DNA from: Candidatus Zhuqueibacterota bacterium
Lineage (GTDB): Bacteria; SM23-31
Assembly (NCBI GenBank): GCA_042564455.1
Contig: JBHPLC010000002.1
Location: 25,017-89,016, forward strand
Reading direction: 5' to 3'
Length of the DNA stretch: 64,000 nt
Shown here: positions 30,483-40,620 of the stretch, piece by piece
How positions within the stretch are numbered: the first letter of the stretch is position 1
How the letters are laid out: every line of letters starts with the position of its first letter
Notes under the pieces: model-generated
The model's input: the letters and a program-made list of their open reading frames with translations, nothing else
Told to the model about the DNA's origin: nothing
Database searches by the model: none
Position numbers and translations under genes: made by a program

Positions 30483-32393
30483 TTAAAAAAGCTGTTTCAG
30501 GAAATTACTATGTTTTTTTGAAATGAAATCCTTAATTTTCTGAGCGATTTTTTCGGGTGTCAATTCGACAAGCTCTAATAAGATATTCCTTGAACCATGT
30601 GTAATGAATTTATCAGGAAGGCCTAACCTGAGAAGTTTATTTAACGGCAGATCATTATTTATAAAATATTGTGATATCCCGTCACCAAAACCTCCGGTTA
30701 TTATATTCTCTTCAATAGTTACCACAAAATCATATTGTTTCAGATTCTCTCTCAAATAAGCTTTATCAAGAGGTTTTATGAATCTGGCATTTACAACACC
30801 GCTCTTAACTCCATGCTTTTCTAAAAGTTCTGAGGCTGTCAGTGAAGGATCGATCATCGTACCTACGGCAAGGATCAAAACATCATTACCTTCTCGGATC
30901 TGCTCCCAGGTTCCCAGTTCAATATTTTTGAAAGGGCTGTCCCAATCCATAACCGGTACAATATCTCTCGGATACCGTATTGCAAACGGACCTGACCCAT
31001 AATTGATACCTGTATAAAGAAGGTTCATAAATTCAGTGCCGTCTTTCGGTGCGGAAACTATCATTCCCGGAATACTGTTCAGATATGAAAGATCAAAAGT
31101 CCCATGGTGTGTCGGTCCATCTTCACCAACCAATCCCGCTCTGTCCAGAGCGAAAACAACCGGAAGCTTCTGCAGGCTCACATCATGTATTATATGATCA
31201 AAAGCTCTCTGTAAAAATGATGAATAAACGGCAACAACCGGTTTTATACCTTCAGCGGCAAGGCCGGCGGCAAAAGTAACAGCATGTCCTTCTGCAATCC
31301 CCACATCAAAGAACCTGTCCGGATATTTATCGGCAAATTCGACTAATCCTGTTCCTTCCTTCATTGCAGCGGTAATTGCCGAAACACGGTTATCTGTCTC
31401 AGCTATATTACACATGGCTTTACCAAAAACCTCTGTATAAGAGACAGGTTTAACAGTATGTTTCTTTTCGGGTTTCTTATCGATACCTTTTATACCATGA
31501 TATTTAATAGGATCATCTTCTGCATACTCGCAGCCTTTTCCTTTTGTTGTCAAAAGATGAACAATATGATTTCCGGGAAGATCCTTGATGTTTTTCAGGA
31601 CATTAACAACTTCACCCACATTATGACCATCGATCGGACCGTAATATCTGAAACCCAGGTCTTCAAACAGCATACCGGGTATTACAAGAGATTTAAAACC
31701 TTCCTCAATCTTATGAGCCAGAAGACGAATAGTATCGCTTTTCGGCATTTTGCCTGTGAGTTCCCAGATCTTTGCTCTTAACTTCTGATAAAAGGGATTG
31801 GTCACAATACTTACAAGATATCTTGAGATCGCACCTACATTTCTGGAAATTGACATATGATTATCGTTCAGGATAACCGTAATATCGGTATTTGAACCAC
31901 CCGCATTATTTAGCCCTTCATATGCGAGTCCTCCGGTTATTCCTCCATCACCGATAACTGCAACAACACGATAGTCCTTCCCCATAAGGTCTCTTGCTTT
32001 TGCAAATCCAAGAGCAGAAGAAATGGAAGTGCTTGCATGTCCTGCTCCAAATACATCGTAGGGGCTTTCATTTCTGTTTAAAAATCCGCTTATTCCCTCA
32101 TACTGGCGAATATTCTTTAATGCCTCTTTCCTGCCTGTCAGAATTTTATGAACATATCCCTGATGACCAACGTCCCAGGTGATCTTATCATTCGGAGTAT
32201 CATAAACATAATGAAGCGCCAGTGTCAGTTCAACCACACCGAGACTTGACGCAAAATGCCCGCCGATCTCAGGTATGGTATTTATTATATAATCCCTTAT
32301 TTCTTTGGCAAGTTCAACTAATTCTTCAACAGTAAAATCCCTGATATCCGCAGGGGTATTTATATTTTCCAGTAAAGACATATTAGTTCTCAA
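30483..32393 (-). CDS. dxs: 1-deoxy-D-xylulose-5-phosphate synthase
   Basis: 636 aa. GGHFASSLGVVELT, DVGHQGYVHK, GDGGITGG and GEDGPTHHG motifs. The true start is probably the Met at residue 5. Confidence 0.92.
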   Translation of the reverse strand: MRTNMSLLENINTPADIRDFTVEELVELAKEIRDYIINTIPEIGGHFASSLGVVELTLALHYVYDTPNDKITWDVGHQGYVHKILTGRKEALKNIRQYEGISGFLNRNESPYDVFGAGHASTSISSALGFAKARDLMGKDYRVVAVIGDGGITGGLAYEGLNNAGGSNTDITVILNDNHMSISRNVGAISRYLVSIVTNPFYQKLRAKIWELTGKMPKSDTIRLLAHKIEEGFKSLVIPGMLFEDLGFRYYGPIDGHNVGEVVNVLKNIKDLPGNHIVHLLTTKGKGCEYAEDDPIKYHGIKGIDKKPEKKHTVKPVSYTEVFGKAMCNIAETDNRVSAITAAMKEGTGLVEFADKYPDRFFDVGIAEGHAVTFAAGLAAEGIKPVVAVYSSFLQRAFDHIIHDVSLQKLPVVFALDRAGLVGEDGPTHHGTFDLSYLNSIPGMIVSAPKDGTEFMNLLYTGINYGSGPFAIRYPRDIVPVMDWDSPFKNIELGTWEQIREGNDVLILAVGTMIDPSLTASELLEKHGVKSGVVNARFIKPLDKAYLRENLKQYDFVVTIEENIITGGFGDGISQYFINNDLPLNKLLRLGLPDKFITHGSRNILLELVELTPEKIAQKIKDFISKKHSNFLKQLF

Positions 32394-32485
32394 TTCGATG
32401 TTTGTTTAATACTCAGAATTATTACGGTGATAATACAATCATACAATTATTTTAACGAAAAGTTCTAATTTTTATGCAAATATAC

Positions 32486-33361
32486 TTAACTCTTATCTTC
32501 TTCCCCATCATCAGGCGGTATCCATTCGCTTCTCTTTGACTCACAGTATTTCTCCATCCTGTCCACTTCCTCAATATCAATATAATATGTTCCAAGATTG
32601 CTTGTATCGCCAAAATCCCCATGGAAATCTGATCCGCCGCTTGTCAGAATGGAAAGTTCTCCTGCTAACTTAACATAATTTTTGGTTATTTCCGGTGAAT
32701 GTTTCGGGTGAATGATCTCGATTCCGTCCAGGCCGCTGTCTACTAACTGCCTTATCGTATCATCACTGCATGTTATCCCCGGATGAGCTAAAATGGCCGC
32801 ACCTCCGATGGAATGTATCAGATCTATCACCTCTGAAGATGTGATTTTATATTTTTCGACATAGACCGGACCGTCATTATGCAAATATTTGTTAAATGCA
32901 TCATTTCTTGATCCGGCATAACCTGAATCCACTAAAGCATCAGCAAGATGAGGCCTCCCCACAGGACCGGGACCGGCAAATTTAATTACCTTGTCCAAAC
33001 TTATCTTAATATTCAACTTTGCCAGTTTTTCTATCATTTCCTGTGCGCGCTGATATCTGCGTCTCTTAAATAAATACAAATAATCCAGAAACCGCTTTTT
33101 ATGATGATCGATAAAATATCCTAAGAAATGCAGGTCTGCATTTTCATGTTCTGCACTCAGTTCAACACCTGTGACTGTTCTGATATTAAACAGCTTTGCT
33201 CTTCTTTTGGTCTCATCAAGAGCCTCAACACTGTCATGATCAGTTATTGCAATACACGAAATTCCCGTTTCTCTTAATTTTGGTAAAATCTCTGATGGAG
33301 GGTGAATCCCGTCAGAAGAGTTTGTATGAATATGCAGATCAGCAATACCGGTATTTTTCAT
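32486..33361 (-). CDS. PHP-domain phosphoesterase (TrpH/YciV-like)
   Basis: 291 aa. ADLHIHTNSSDG N-terminal motif, ITDHD, AHPG, GGSDFHG. Confidence 0.8.
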   Translation of the reverse strand: MKNTGIADLHIHTNSSDGIHPPSEILPKLRETGISCIAITDHDSVEALDETKRRAKLFNIRTVTGVELSAEHENADLHFLGYFIDHHKKRFLDYLYLFKRRRYQRAQEMIEKLAKLNIKISLDKVIKFAGPGPVGRPHLADALVDSGYAGSRNDAFNKYLHNDGPVYVEKYKITSSEVIDLIHSIGGAAILAHPGITCSDDTIRQLVDSGLDGIEIIHPKHSPEITKNYVKLAGELSILTSGGSDFHGDFGDTSNLGTYYIDIEEVDRMEKYCESKRSEWIPPDDGEEDKS

Positions 33362-33425
33362 TTTCTGCTCAAATTTATTTTACATGAACTAATAAGTTAA
33401 CAACTTTTATACTAAAACCAAAATG

Positions 33426-34928
33426 TTATTTCCAGTCTTTTAACAACCTTGCAAGCAGTCTGACTCCAACTCCGGTAGGCCCTTTTGGCATATACGATCT
33501 TTCTTTTACATCCCACGCCGTTCCCGCAATATCAAGGTGAACCCAGTGCGTTTTTTTGATGAATTTTTTCAGAAAAGCCGCACCAAATATCGTACCTCCG
33601 CCAGGACCGTTGCTGTTTTTTATATCAGCAAAATCACTTTTCAGGTGTTCATCGAATTCCGGATAAAGAGGCAGTTCCCAGACCATTTCTCCTGATCTTT
33701 CACCCGCTTCTTTCACTCTGTTCAGCAGAGTTGTATTATTACCCAGCATTCCTGTGGCATAATGACCCAAAGCTATTACGACTGCTCCGGTCAGGGTAGC
33801 GAGATCTATCACTGCATCCGGTTTGAACTTATCGACAGTATATGCTAAAGCATCGGCTAACACCAGCCTGCCTTCAGCATCGGTATTAATGACTTCGACG
33901 GTCAGACCTGAATATGTTGAAACTATGTCACCCGGTTTCTGTGCATTTCCGCCGGGGAGGTTTTCTGCTGCAGCTACTATACCGACAACATCCACCTGAG
34001 GTTTTAGCACTTTCAGTAATTTCATTACTCCTAAAACTGCAGCCGCACCGCACATATCATATTTCATCTCTTCCATCTTTTTGGATGGCTTTATAGATAT
34101 CCCTCCGGAATCAAAAGTTAATCCTTTGCCGACAAAGGCAATTTTCTTTGCATTTTCAATACCTGAATTATATTCCATACATATTAGTCTCGGAGGTTCT
34201 TTACTTCCTTTAGCCACACCAAGGAACGCATTCATTTTTTCAGATTTTAATCGTTTTTCATCCAGTACAATGCACTTCAGACCATTTTCCTTTGAGATAC
34301 TCTGAGCTTCTTTGGCAAGATATTTTGGTGTCACAACATTTGATGGATAGGAAGCCAGATCTCTTGCATAACATACACCATCAGCAAATAAGCTCCCTTC
34401 TTCCACTCCCACAGAAAGTTCTTTAAAACTTTTTCTCGACGAGTCAAATACAGTCATATCCGTAACATTAAAATACTTCTTCAGATTCTCTGTTTTGAAT
34501 TTTATGAATTGATAAAGGCTTAATACAGATCCTTCGGCGGCAGCATGAGCGAGATCAATTTTAGATATTTTAGAATCTTCAAATCCATCAACACTAACTG
34601 TGAAGTATTTTAATTTCAATGACCTGGCCTTTTTTGATGCTGTACCGATAACCTGTCTGACCTTTTCAGAATTAAATTCACGCTTTTTACCCAAACCTAC
34701 CAGAAGTACACGTTTGATTCTTGAGTTTTCAGGAGCATACAGCAAGATATTTTCATTCAGTTCTCCCTTAAAATCTCTCATTTTAAGTACTTCTCTTATT
34801 CTATCCTCAAAAACCTCATTGAGTTCTTCTAACCAGCCCTCTATCTTTCTCGATTCCTCAAACATGAATACAGCCAATAATCCTGTACTGACATTTTTGA
34901 TCCTGCCTGTTTTAACTCTGAAATTCAC
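33426..34928 (-). CDS. pepA: Leucyl aminopeptidase (M17)
   Basis: 500 aa. VGKGLTFDSGG, MKYDMCGAA and NTDAEGRLVLADAL motifs. Confidence 0.92.
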   Translation of the reverse strand: MNFRVKTGRIKNVSTGLLAVFMFEESRKIEGWLEELNEVFEDRIREVLKMRDFKGELNENILLYAPENSRIKRVLLVGLGKKREFNSEKVRQVIGTASKKARSLKLKYFTVSVDGFEDSKISKIDLAHAAAEGSVLSLYQFIKFKTENLKKYFNVTDMTVFDSSRKSFKELSVGVEEGSLFADGVCYARDLASYPSNVVTPKYLAKEAQSISKENGLKCIVLDEKRLKSEKMNAFLGVAKGSKEPPRLICMEYNSGIENAKKIAFVGKGLTFDSGGISIKPSKKMEEMKYDMCGAAAVLGVMKLLKVLKPQVDVVGIVAAAENLPGGNAQKPGDIVSTYSGLTVEVINTDAEGRLVLADALAYTVDKFKPDAVIDLATLTGAVVIALGHYATGMLGNNTTLLNRVKEAGERSGEMVWELPLYPEFDEHLKSDFADIKNSNGPGGGTIFGAAFLKKFIKKTHWVHLDIAGTAWDVKERSYMPKGPTGVGVRLLARLLKDWK

Positions 34929-35863
34929 GATATCACCTCAATATATTGTTTTGCGGCTTTTATATTTCTGTTTAAACCTTCCCATTTCGCTCTTTTTACC
35001 GGGCTGTTTTTATATCTCTCCCGAAATTCCTCGGCTGATACTTTCTCAAAATAATCCATGTTGGGAAATCTGTTCTGCTCCTGAGGCTTGAAATCATCTA
35101 TCTTTGTGGTCTTTGAAAATTTATTCCACGGACATACTTCCTGACAGATATCGCATCCGAAGATCCAGTCCCTGTTCTCATTTCCCCATTCCCCCGGAAA
35201 ATCCCCGCGGAATTCTATAGTCCGGTATGATATACATCTGCTGCTGTCGACAATTTTGTTTCCGAGTATAGCTTCAGTCGGACAGGCATCGATGCACGCA
35301 GTGCAAGTACCGCAATAATCTTTAACCGGGCTGCCATATTGCAGTTCACAGTCAGTCAGTATCTCGCCTAAAAAAACATACGAACCCATTTCTTTCGTGA
35401 TCAGATTTGAATTTTTCCCTATCCAGCCGATCCCGCTGTTTGCAGCCCATATCTTGTCTAATACCGGAGCATCATCAACTGCGATCTTTGTTTTTACTCC
35501 GGGAATCAGTTCTTTTATCAATTGATCCAGGTCAGACAGCATATTCTTTATAACGTCATGATAATCTAAACCTGATGCATATCTTGATATCTGAAGGCTG
35601 TTGGATGGCCTATCCTCATCCGGAGAATAATAACTGACCGCGGTGGAAATCACGCTCCTGACACCCGGCAGATATTTATCAGGATCGATCCTTTTTTCCA
35701 TAGTTCTCTGCATCCATGCCATCGAAGCATTGTATCCTTTCCTGATCCATGTTTCAAGAAATTTTCCGTCTATTTTATAAACCGGTGAAATCCCGATCTT
35801 ATCAAAACCGGTCTTCTCAGCGAATGATTTCAACTTTTCTGTAATATCAACCACTTCGTTCAT
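34925..35863 (-). CDS. queG: Epoxyqueuosine reductase
   Basis: 312 aa. CGTCTACIDACPT and CDICQEVCPWN ferredoxin-type motifs. 4-nt overlap with pepA. Confidence 0.88.
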   Translation of the reverse strand: MNEVVDITEKLKSFAEKTGFDKIGISPVYKIDGKFLETWIRKGYNASMAWMQRTMEKRIDPDKYLPGVRSVISTAVSYYSPDEDRPSNSLQISRYASGLDYHDVIKNMLSDLDQLIKELIPGVKTKIAVDDAPVLDKIWAANSGIGWIGKNSNLITKEMGSYVFLGEILTDCELQYGSPVKDYCGTCTACIDACPTEAILGNKIVDSSRCISYRTIEFRGDFPGEWGNENRDWIFGCDICQEVCPWNKFSKTTKIDDFKPQEQNRFPNMDYFEKVSAEEFRERYKNSPVKRAKWEGLNRNIKAAKQYIEVIS

Positions 35864-35943
35864 ATATGGACCTGGAAAGTATAACCTATGTAATTTTATT
35901 ATTATAATGAATAATTACAAGGAAAAACTATATAATTCACTGA

Positions 35944-35975
35944 TAAAAAAAAGAAGAGGCTTACCTCTTCTTTTC
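35944..35975 (-). terminator. Rho-independent terminator downstream of proline dehydrogenase
   Basis: On the minus strand reads AGAAGAGG-TAAG-CCTCTTCT followed by T8. Confidence 0.7.
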
Positions 35976-36010
35976 TTATGGATTATCAAAAATATTTAGA
36001 ATTCTAAATT

Positions 36011-36949
36011 TTATTCTCTTGTCATGCTTTTTAAAATGAACAGAACATTGCTCATTCTTTCACCAAGACGTCTGGAAAAATAAGGAAACCACTCTGTACC
36101 AAACGGTATATAAGCTCTCATCCTGTATCCGTCTTTCACTAACTGTTCCTGTAGGTCTCGCCTTATACCATATAACATTTCAAATTCAAATTTATCCGGG
36201 GAAATTTCATTTTTTTCTGCTATTTCCCTTGCTTTGATGATTATATCCTCATCGTGAGATGCAATAGCCGGCATATGTCCCTCTAATAGCAAAAGCTCAA
36301 GGCATCTGACATAATTGTCATCCACCAGTTTCTTTTTCTGGAAAGCTACAATCTCCGGTTCAAGATAAGCGCCCTTGCATAATCTTACAGTGGCTCCCAA
36401 TTTATTCAGAGCACGCACATCCGTCTCTGTTCTGTAAAGATAGCTCTGAAGTACAATACCTACATTCTTTCCTACATTCCTGTATAGATACTTAAATACA
36501 TTTAAGGTCTTTTCAGTATATTCGGAACTTTCCATATCGATCCGGACAAAATTATCATATTTTGCGGCATGCTCAAGGATCATTTTCATATTGTCCTTGC
36601 ACAGTTTCTCACTTATGTCCAGACCAAGCTGGGTCAGTTTGACGGAAACAGCGGAATTTACGCCGGAACTCTCAATAACATCAAACATATTAATAATTAC
36701 ATCTCTTGCCTTTTCTGCGCCTTCTTTGTCAAAAACACTTTCACCGAGAAGATCAAGTGTGGCAGTTATACCCTTTTTGTTTAACTCCTTTATTGCCGAA
36801 ATAGCTTCTTCCAGAGTCTCCCCAGCAATAAACCTTCGTGCAAATCCGTTCTCGGAAGCCATCCCGTATTTTGTTACAATTTTTCTGATAAACTGATTCT
36901 TTGCTACACCAAGCATTATCTTTCGTGAAAGTAGATCTAACATAATCAC
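36011..36949 (-). CDS. Proline dehydrogenase (monofunctional)
   Basis: 312 aa. RRFIAGETLEEAI, ATLDLLGE, VSVKLTQLG, CKGAY and YGIRRDLQ motifs. The listed start includes MIM; the true start is uncertain by a few codons. Confidence 0.85.
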   Translation of the reverse strand: MIMLDLLSRKIMLGVAKNQFIRKIVTKYGMASENGFARRFIAGETLEEAISAIKELNKKGITATLDLLGESVFDKEGAEKARDVIINMFDVIESSGVNSAVSVKLTQLGLDISEKLCKDNMKMILEHAAKYDNFVRIDMESSEYTEKTLNVFKYLYRNVGKNVGIVLQSYLYRTETDVRALNKLGATVRLCKGAYLEPEIVAFQKKKLVDDNYVRCLELLLLEGHMPAIASHDEDIIIKAREIAEKNEISPDKFEFEMLYGIRRDLQEQLVKDGYRMRAYIPFGTEWFPYFSRRLGERMSNVLFILKSMTRE

Positions 36950-37256
36950 CTCATTGTCTTTCAGCAGTACATTAATTTCTTTTCAGGTACCAATCAATGC
37001 GGATCACCAGGATTATGGTTTTCCGTAAATAATGAATTTAATAAATTTTCTTAGAAAAGACAAATAACTTTTAATAATAAGATATGAAAGGCTTGTATAA
37101 GTGTTTTGTTGACGGACATAATAAATAAGGATTGAAGATACATTTACATGCGGGTATGGACATAAAAATGAAAAATAATATTGCATTGCAAGACCTGACC
37201 CTTTTTATCCCTATTTATCCAGGAACAAATGTTATCTGCTTGAGGTTATTGCCATC

Positions 37257-38129
37257 CTAATCTATTATCCAGATAGTTCCTAATCCCCGTTGCACATTCG
37301 GAGATGACCTTATAAAAACAATCTGTCTGCTGTCAGGCGACCATGAGGGATGATATCCGTCGCTCAGTCTTTTAATATTTGTACCGTCTATATCCATTAC
37401 GTATATGATCATGTTCGATTGAAAAACAATATAATTTCCGTCAGGTGATATTTTTGGATAACGATTGTTCTTACCTGCGACCGCATCGAGCGTATCGGGA
37501 GGAACATCGGAAAAATAATACCGGATAAAACGATGTCCCTGCTGCTTGCCATTTACAATTTTTCCTGCAATTTCCCCAACTATCGATTCCCCATTTGGAT
37601 GCCACGAAGGACTTCCACCACCGAAAACATAGTGCCACTCTGATCCATCTTTCCTCATGATCCAAACACCGCTTGGTCCGTATTTATCACTAAGTGAACG
37701 ATCATGTGCTATCCTTTCACCGTCATAACTCCAGTCAGGGAAGAAATTTCTTCCACCGGGAGTAAGTTTTACTATCTGTGATACATCTATCAAATCTCCA
37801 GTGAAGGGGGCTTTGTATATCTGAGTGTCAACAGCATATACGATCCAGTCCTCATCCGGACTGAAATCTGTTCTGAAATCCCCATATCTATTAATCAGCA
37901 TTTTTGAGTTGCTGCCATCTTTATCAGATATCCATAATCCAACTGAATCAAAATTAACAGTATGACTTCCCCCTTCATCTACTTCAGCAACAGCATTGTT
38001 CTGATACAATATACGCTGCCCATCTGGATGAAAAACAGGATTTTCATGGATATCAGGAAAGACAGGAGTAGGTGGATAAGAAGCTCCTCCTTCGTACGGA
38101 TTACTGCATCCGCATGTTAGAAAAAACAC
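37257..38129 (-). CDS. TolB-like/PD40 beta-propeller lipoprotein
   Basis: 290 aa from a GTG start. PD40-like repeats (HPDGQRILYQ, FSPDEDWIVYA, SPDGNYIVFQS, SWSPDSRQIVF). The signal peptide appears to continue upstream of the GTG (see finding). Confidence 0.75.
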   Translation of the reverse strand: MFFLTCGCSNPYEGGASYPPTPVFPDIHENPVFHPDGQRILYQNNAVAEVDEGGSHTVNFDSVGLWISDKDGSNSKMLINRYGDFRTDFSPDEDWIVYAVDTQIYKAPFTGDLIDVSQIVKLTPGGRNFFPDWSYDGERIAHDRSLSDKYGPSGVWIMRKDGSEWHYVFGGGSPSWHPNGESIVGEIAGKIVNGKQQGHRFIRYYFSDVPPDTLDAVAGKNNRYPKISPDGNYIVFQSNMIIYVMDIDGTNIKRLSDGYHPSWSPDSRQIVFIRSSPNVQRGLGTIWIID

Positions 38130-38451
38130 AAATAACAGTATTCCAACTGCTGAATATTCAAAGATTTTTTATGTAAGTTCATACGGTATTTCTGTATTTT
38201 TTATTGCTTAATTTTCTCCACACAGCAGTGACACACAGTGGGATTTAAATAGTAATTAGGTGTTTAACAATATAAAAACAATAAAGTTTCACAGAATCAA
38301 TTGTAATATTTTAATTTTTACAACCATAGTTACAAATGCAGGATATAGTAATATTATAAAAAAAATATGTTACTTCCTGCTCCCGGAGAAACGAAAAGTC
38401 GGTGTAAAGATTGATGATATTATTGAAATAAGGTTTGTTTCTGGTCAACTT

Positions 38452-39069
38452 TTATAGGAATGGATTATTATGTTTTTCGAAGCCTATCGTTGTTGAAGGG
38501 CCATGACCGGTGTGTACTGTAAGTTCTTCGTCTAAAACCATCAACTTTTCTTTAATCGATCTTATTAACACATCATAATCTCCTCCCGGCAGATCGGTCC
38601 TGCCGATCGATCCCCGGAAAAGTGTATCACCGGAAAATAATACTTCCTCATCCATTAAACATACTCCGCCGGGAGTATGACCGGGAGTATGTATTACTCT
38701 TAGACTACCATCCCCGATCGTGATTTCTTCACCCTCTTTTAAATAACCGTTAACTTCAGGAATACCAAGAATCTTCATCCCGTACATATCTGCAATTTCA
38801 TTTAAGTGGTTAATATAGGGAAGGTCGTCTTTATGTAAGAAAAAAGGTATGTCAAGCCGCTGCTGGAGTTCCTTTATCCCTCCGGCATGGTCAATATGTC
38901 CATGAGTATTAACAATTTTCTCAACAATGATCTTTTTCTTTTCGATCTCATCAATTATCATATCAACTTCATCCCCGGGATCAATGACAATACCTTTCTG
39001 AGTTTTCTCACAGGAAACGATAAAACAATTGGTTAAAAACGGGCTTACTTCTATAACATTAATTTCCAT
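38452..39069 (-). CDS. MBL-fold metallo-hydrolase (glyoxalase II-like)
   Basis: 205 aa. NTHGHIDHAGG metal motif, HTPGHTPG, GDTLF, HGP. Confidence 0.85.
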   Translation of the reverse strand: MEINVIEVSPFLTNCFIVSCEKTQKGIVIDPGDEVDMIIDEIEKKKIIVEKIVNTHGHIDHAGGIKELQQRLDIPFFLHKDDLPYINHLNEIADMYGMKILGIPEVNGYLKEGEEITIGDGSLRVIHTPGHTPGGVCLMDEEVLFSGDTLFRGSIGRTDLPGGDYDVLIRSIKEKLMVLDEELTVHTGHGPSTTIGFEKHNNPFL

Positions 39070-39111
39070 CGACGAACTTATCCGTATTGATATTTATTGC
39101 TCTAAAGAATA

Positions 39112-40620
39112 TTAAGAAGACAGCGCTTCCTGAATAGCTTTATTTAGATTTGAAATCTTAAAAGGCTTATTAATTATTGATCTTATATTTGGAAACTGCT
39201 TTTTGGTATCTATGATATTATCATTTCCGGATGCGATGACTACTTTCACGTTACTGTTTATTGCGATCATCTCTTTCAGAACTTCTTCCCCGGATATTTC
39301 GGGCATTGACAGATCTAAAATTACGACACTTATTTTGTCCCGGTTATCTTTAAAGAGTTCTATTGCTTTATAACCGCCATTTGCAGAAATAACCTTATAT
39401 CCTAATTTATCAAGCATAATTTCTGTCATATTCAGAATAATTTCTTCATCATCAACTACCAGGATCGTGGCCGCACCCCTTTGATCAATACTACTATCTT
39501 CTGATCTATCTTCGGCCTGTTCATCTGTTGCCGGAATATAGATGTGGATCCTGGTTCCTTTTGACAACTCACTTTCTATATAAACAGTACCGCCATGTAA
39601 TTTTGTTACTACATTATATACTGTGGCTAATCCTAATCCCTGCCCTCTTTTACTGCTTTTCTCCTTAGTTGAAAATAATGGATCAAATGCTTTATTAATA
39701 GTATCTTCTGTCATTCCCGCGCCGTTATCTTCAAAAATAATATGAAGATAATCACCATCAGATATTCCCATGTTGTTTTTTTGGGATATTTTCTCCGTAC
39801 TGCAGTATACATTTATTCGGGGAATAGTTTCTTCCTTATTACTAATTAATGCATCAATTGAATTTTCTCCAAGATAAATAAAAGAATTTACCATCTCAAA
39901 TCTGTTAGCCTGGATAAAATATTCACCCTGTTTGAATTTTACATTAAAAGCCGGATTAAAGTCAAAAGAACTTTTGAGGATCATAAAGGATTCCGAGATG
40001 ATCTCAAACACATCCACTTTTTCCTTAGCAGTTGTTGCTGCATCAGATAAAGACTGAAATCTTCTTATCAATTCTGCCGCATTTTCACAATTAACTATGG
40101 CATTTTTCAAATAATCCTTCTGAGAAATGGATAAACCGGTTGACTCATACTCCAACAGATCGAGACTGCCCATTATTCCGACTAACATATTGTTGAAATC
40201 GTGAGCTATTCCACCTGCAAGAGTCCCTAATGATTCGATCTTTTGCCTGATCCTGATCTGGTCTTCAAACTTCTTTCTCTCTGTAATATCCTCAGCTATA
40301 CCGGCAATTTTTTGAATATTACCATTGTCATCTTTTATTGGATATGCCCTGGCAAATATCCACCTTAAACTCCCATCCGGTCTTTTGATCCTGTATTCCG
40401 GAAATTTAGGGTCTTCAAAATTACCTGATGCTTTATTTTTGATTTCCTTAAGCACTATGTCCCTGTCCTGCTTCAAAACAGAATTAAACCAGGATATAGG
40501 ATTCTTCATTAAATGATCACAGGAAATCCCCCAAACTTCTTCAAATTTTGGACTGATGTACAATATTTCTTCCCAGTCAGGAGTACATATCCAGAATACT
40601 TCATTAATATTCTCAGCCAA
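39112..40620 (-). CDS. PAS-HisKA-HATPase-REC hybrid sensor kinase; C-terminal part of a gene split by an in-frame TAG
   Basis: 502 aa from a TTG start. PAS domain (FWICTPDWEEILYISPKFEEVWG), H-box GIAHDFNNML, G-boxes (DNGAGM, GQGLGLA), receiver domain (ILVVDDEEI...ILDLSMPEISG...K). Confidence 0.8.
   Translation of the reverse strand: MAENINEVFWICTPDWEEILYISPKFEEVWGISCDHLMKNPISWFNSVLKQDRDIVLKEIKNKASGNFEDPKFPEYRIKRPDGSLRWIFARAYPIKDDNGNIQKIAGIAEDITERKKFEDQIRIRQKIESLGTLAGGIAHDFNNMLVGIMGSLDLLEYESTGLSISQKDYLKNAIVNCENAAELIRRFQSLSDAATTAKEKVDVFEIISESFMILKSSFDFNPAFNVKFKQGEYFIQANRFEMVNSFIYLGENSIDALISNKEETIPRINVYCSTEKISQKNNMGISDGDYLHIIFEDNGAGMTEDTINKAFDPLFSTKEKSSKRGQGLGLATVYNVVTKLHGGTVYIESELSKGTRIHIYIPATDEQAEDRSEDSSIDQRGAATILVVDDEEIILNMTEIMLDKLGYKVISANGGYKAIELFKDNRDKISVVILDLSMPEISGEEVLKEMIAINSNVKVVIASGNDNIIDTKKQFPNIRSIINKPFKISNLNKAIQEALSS

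Noticed and set aside
34600-35091. 163-aa plus-strand ORF spanning the pepA/queG junction
   Set aside because: Ser/Leu-rich low-complexity translation antisense to two strongly supported genes; a shadow ORF.
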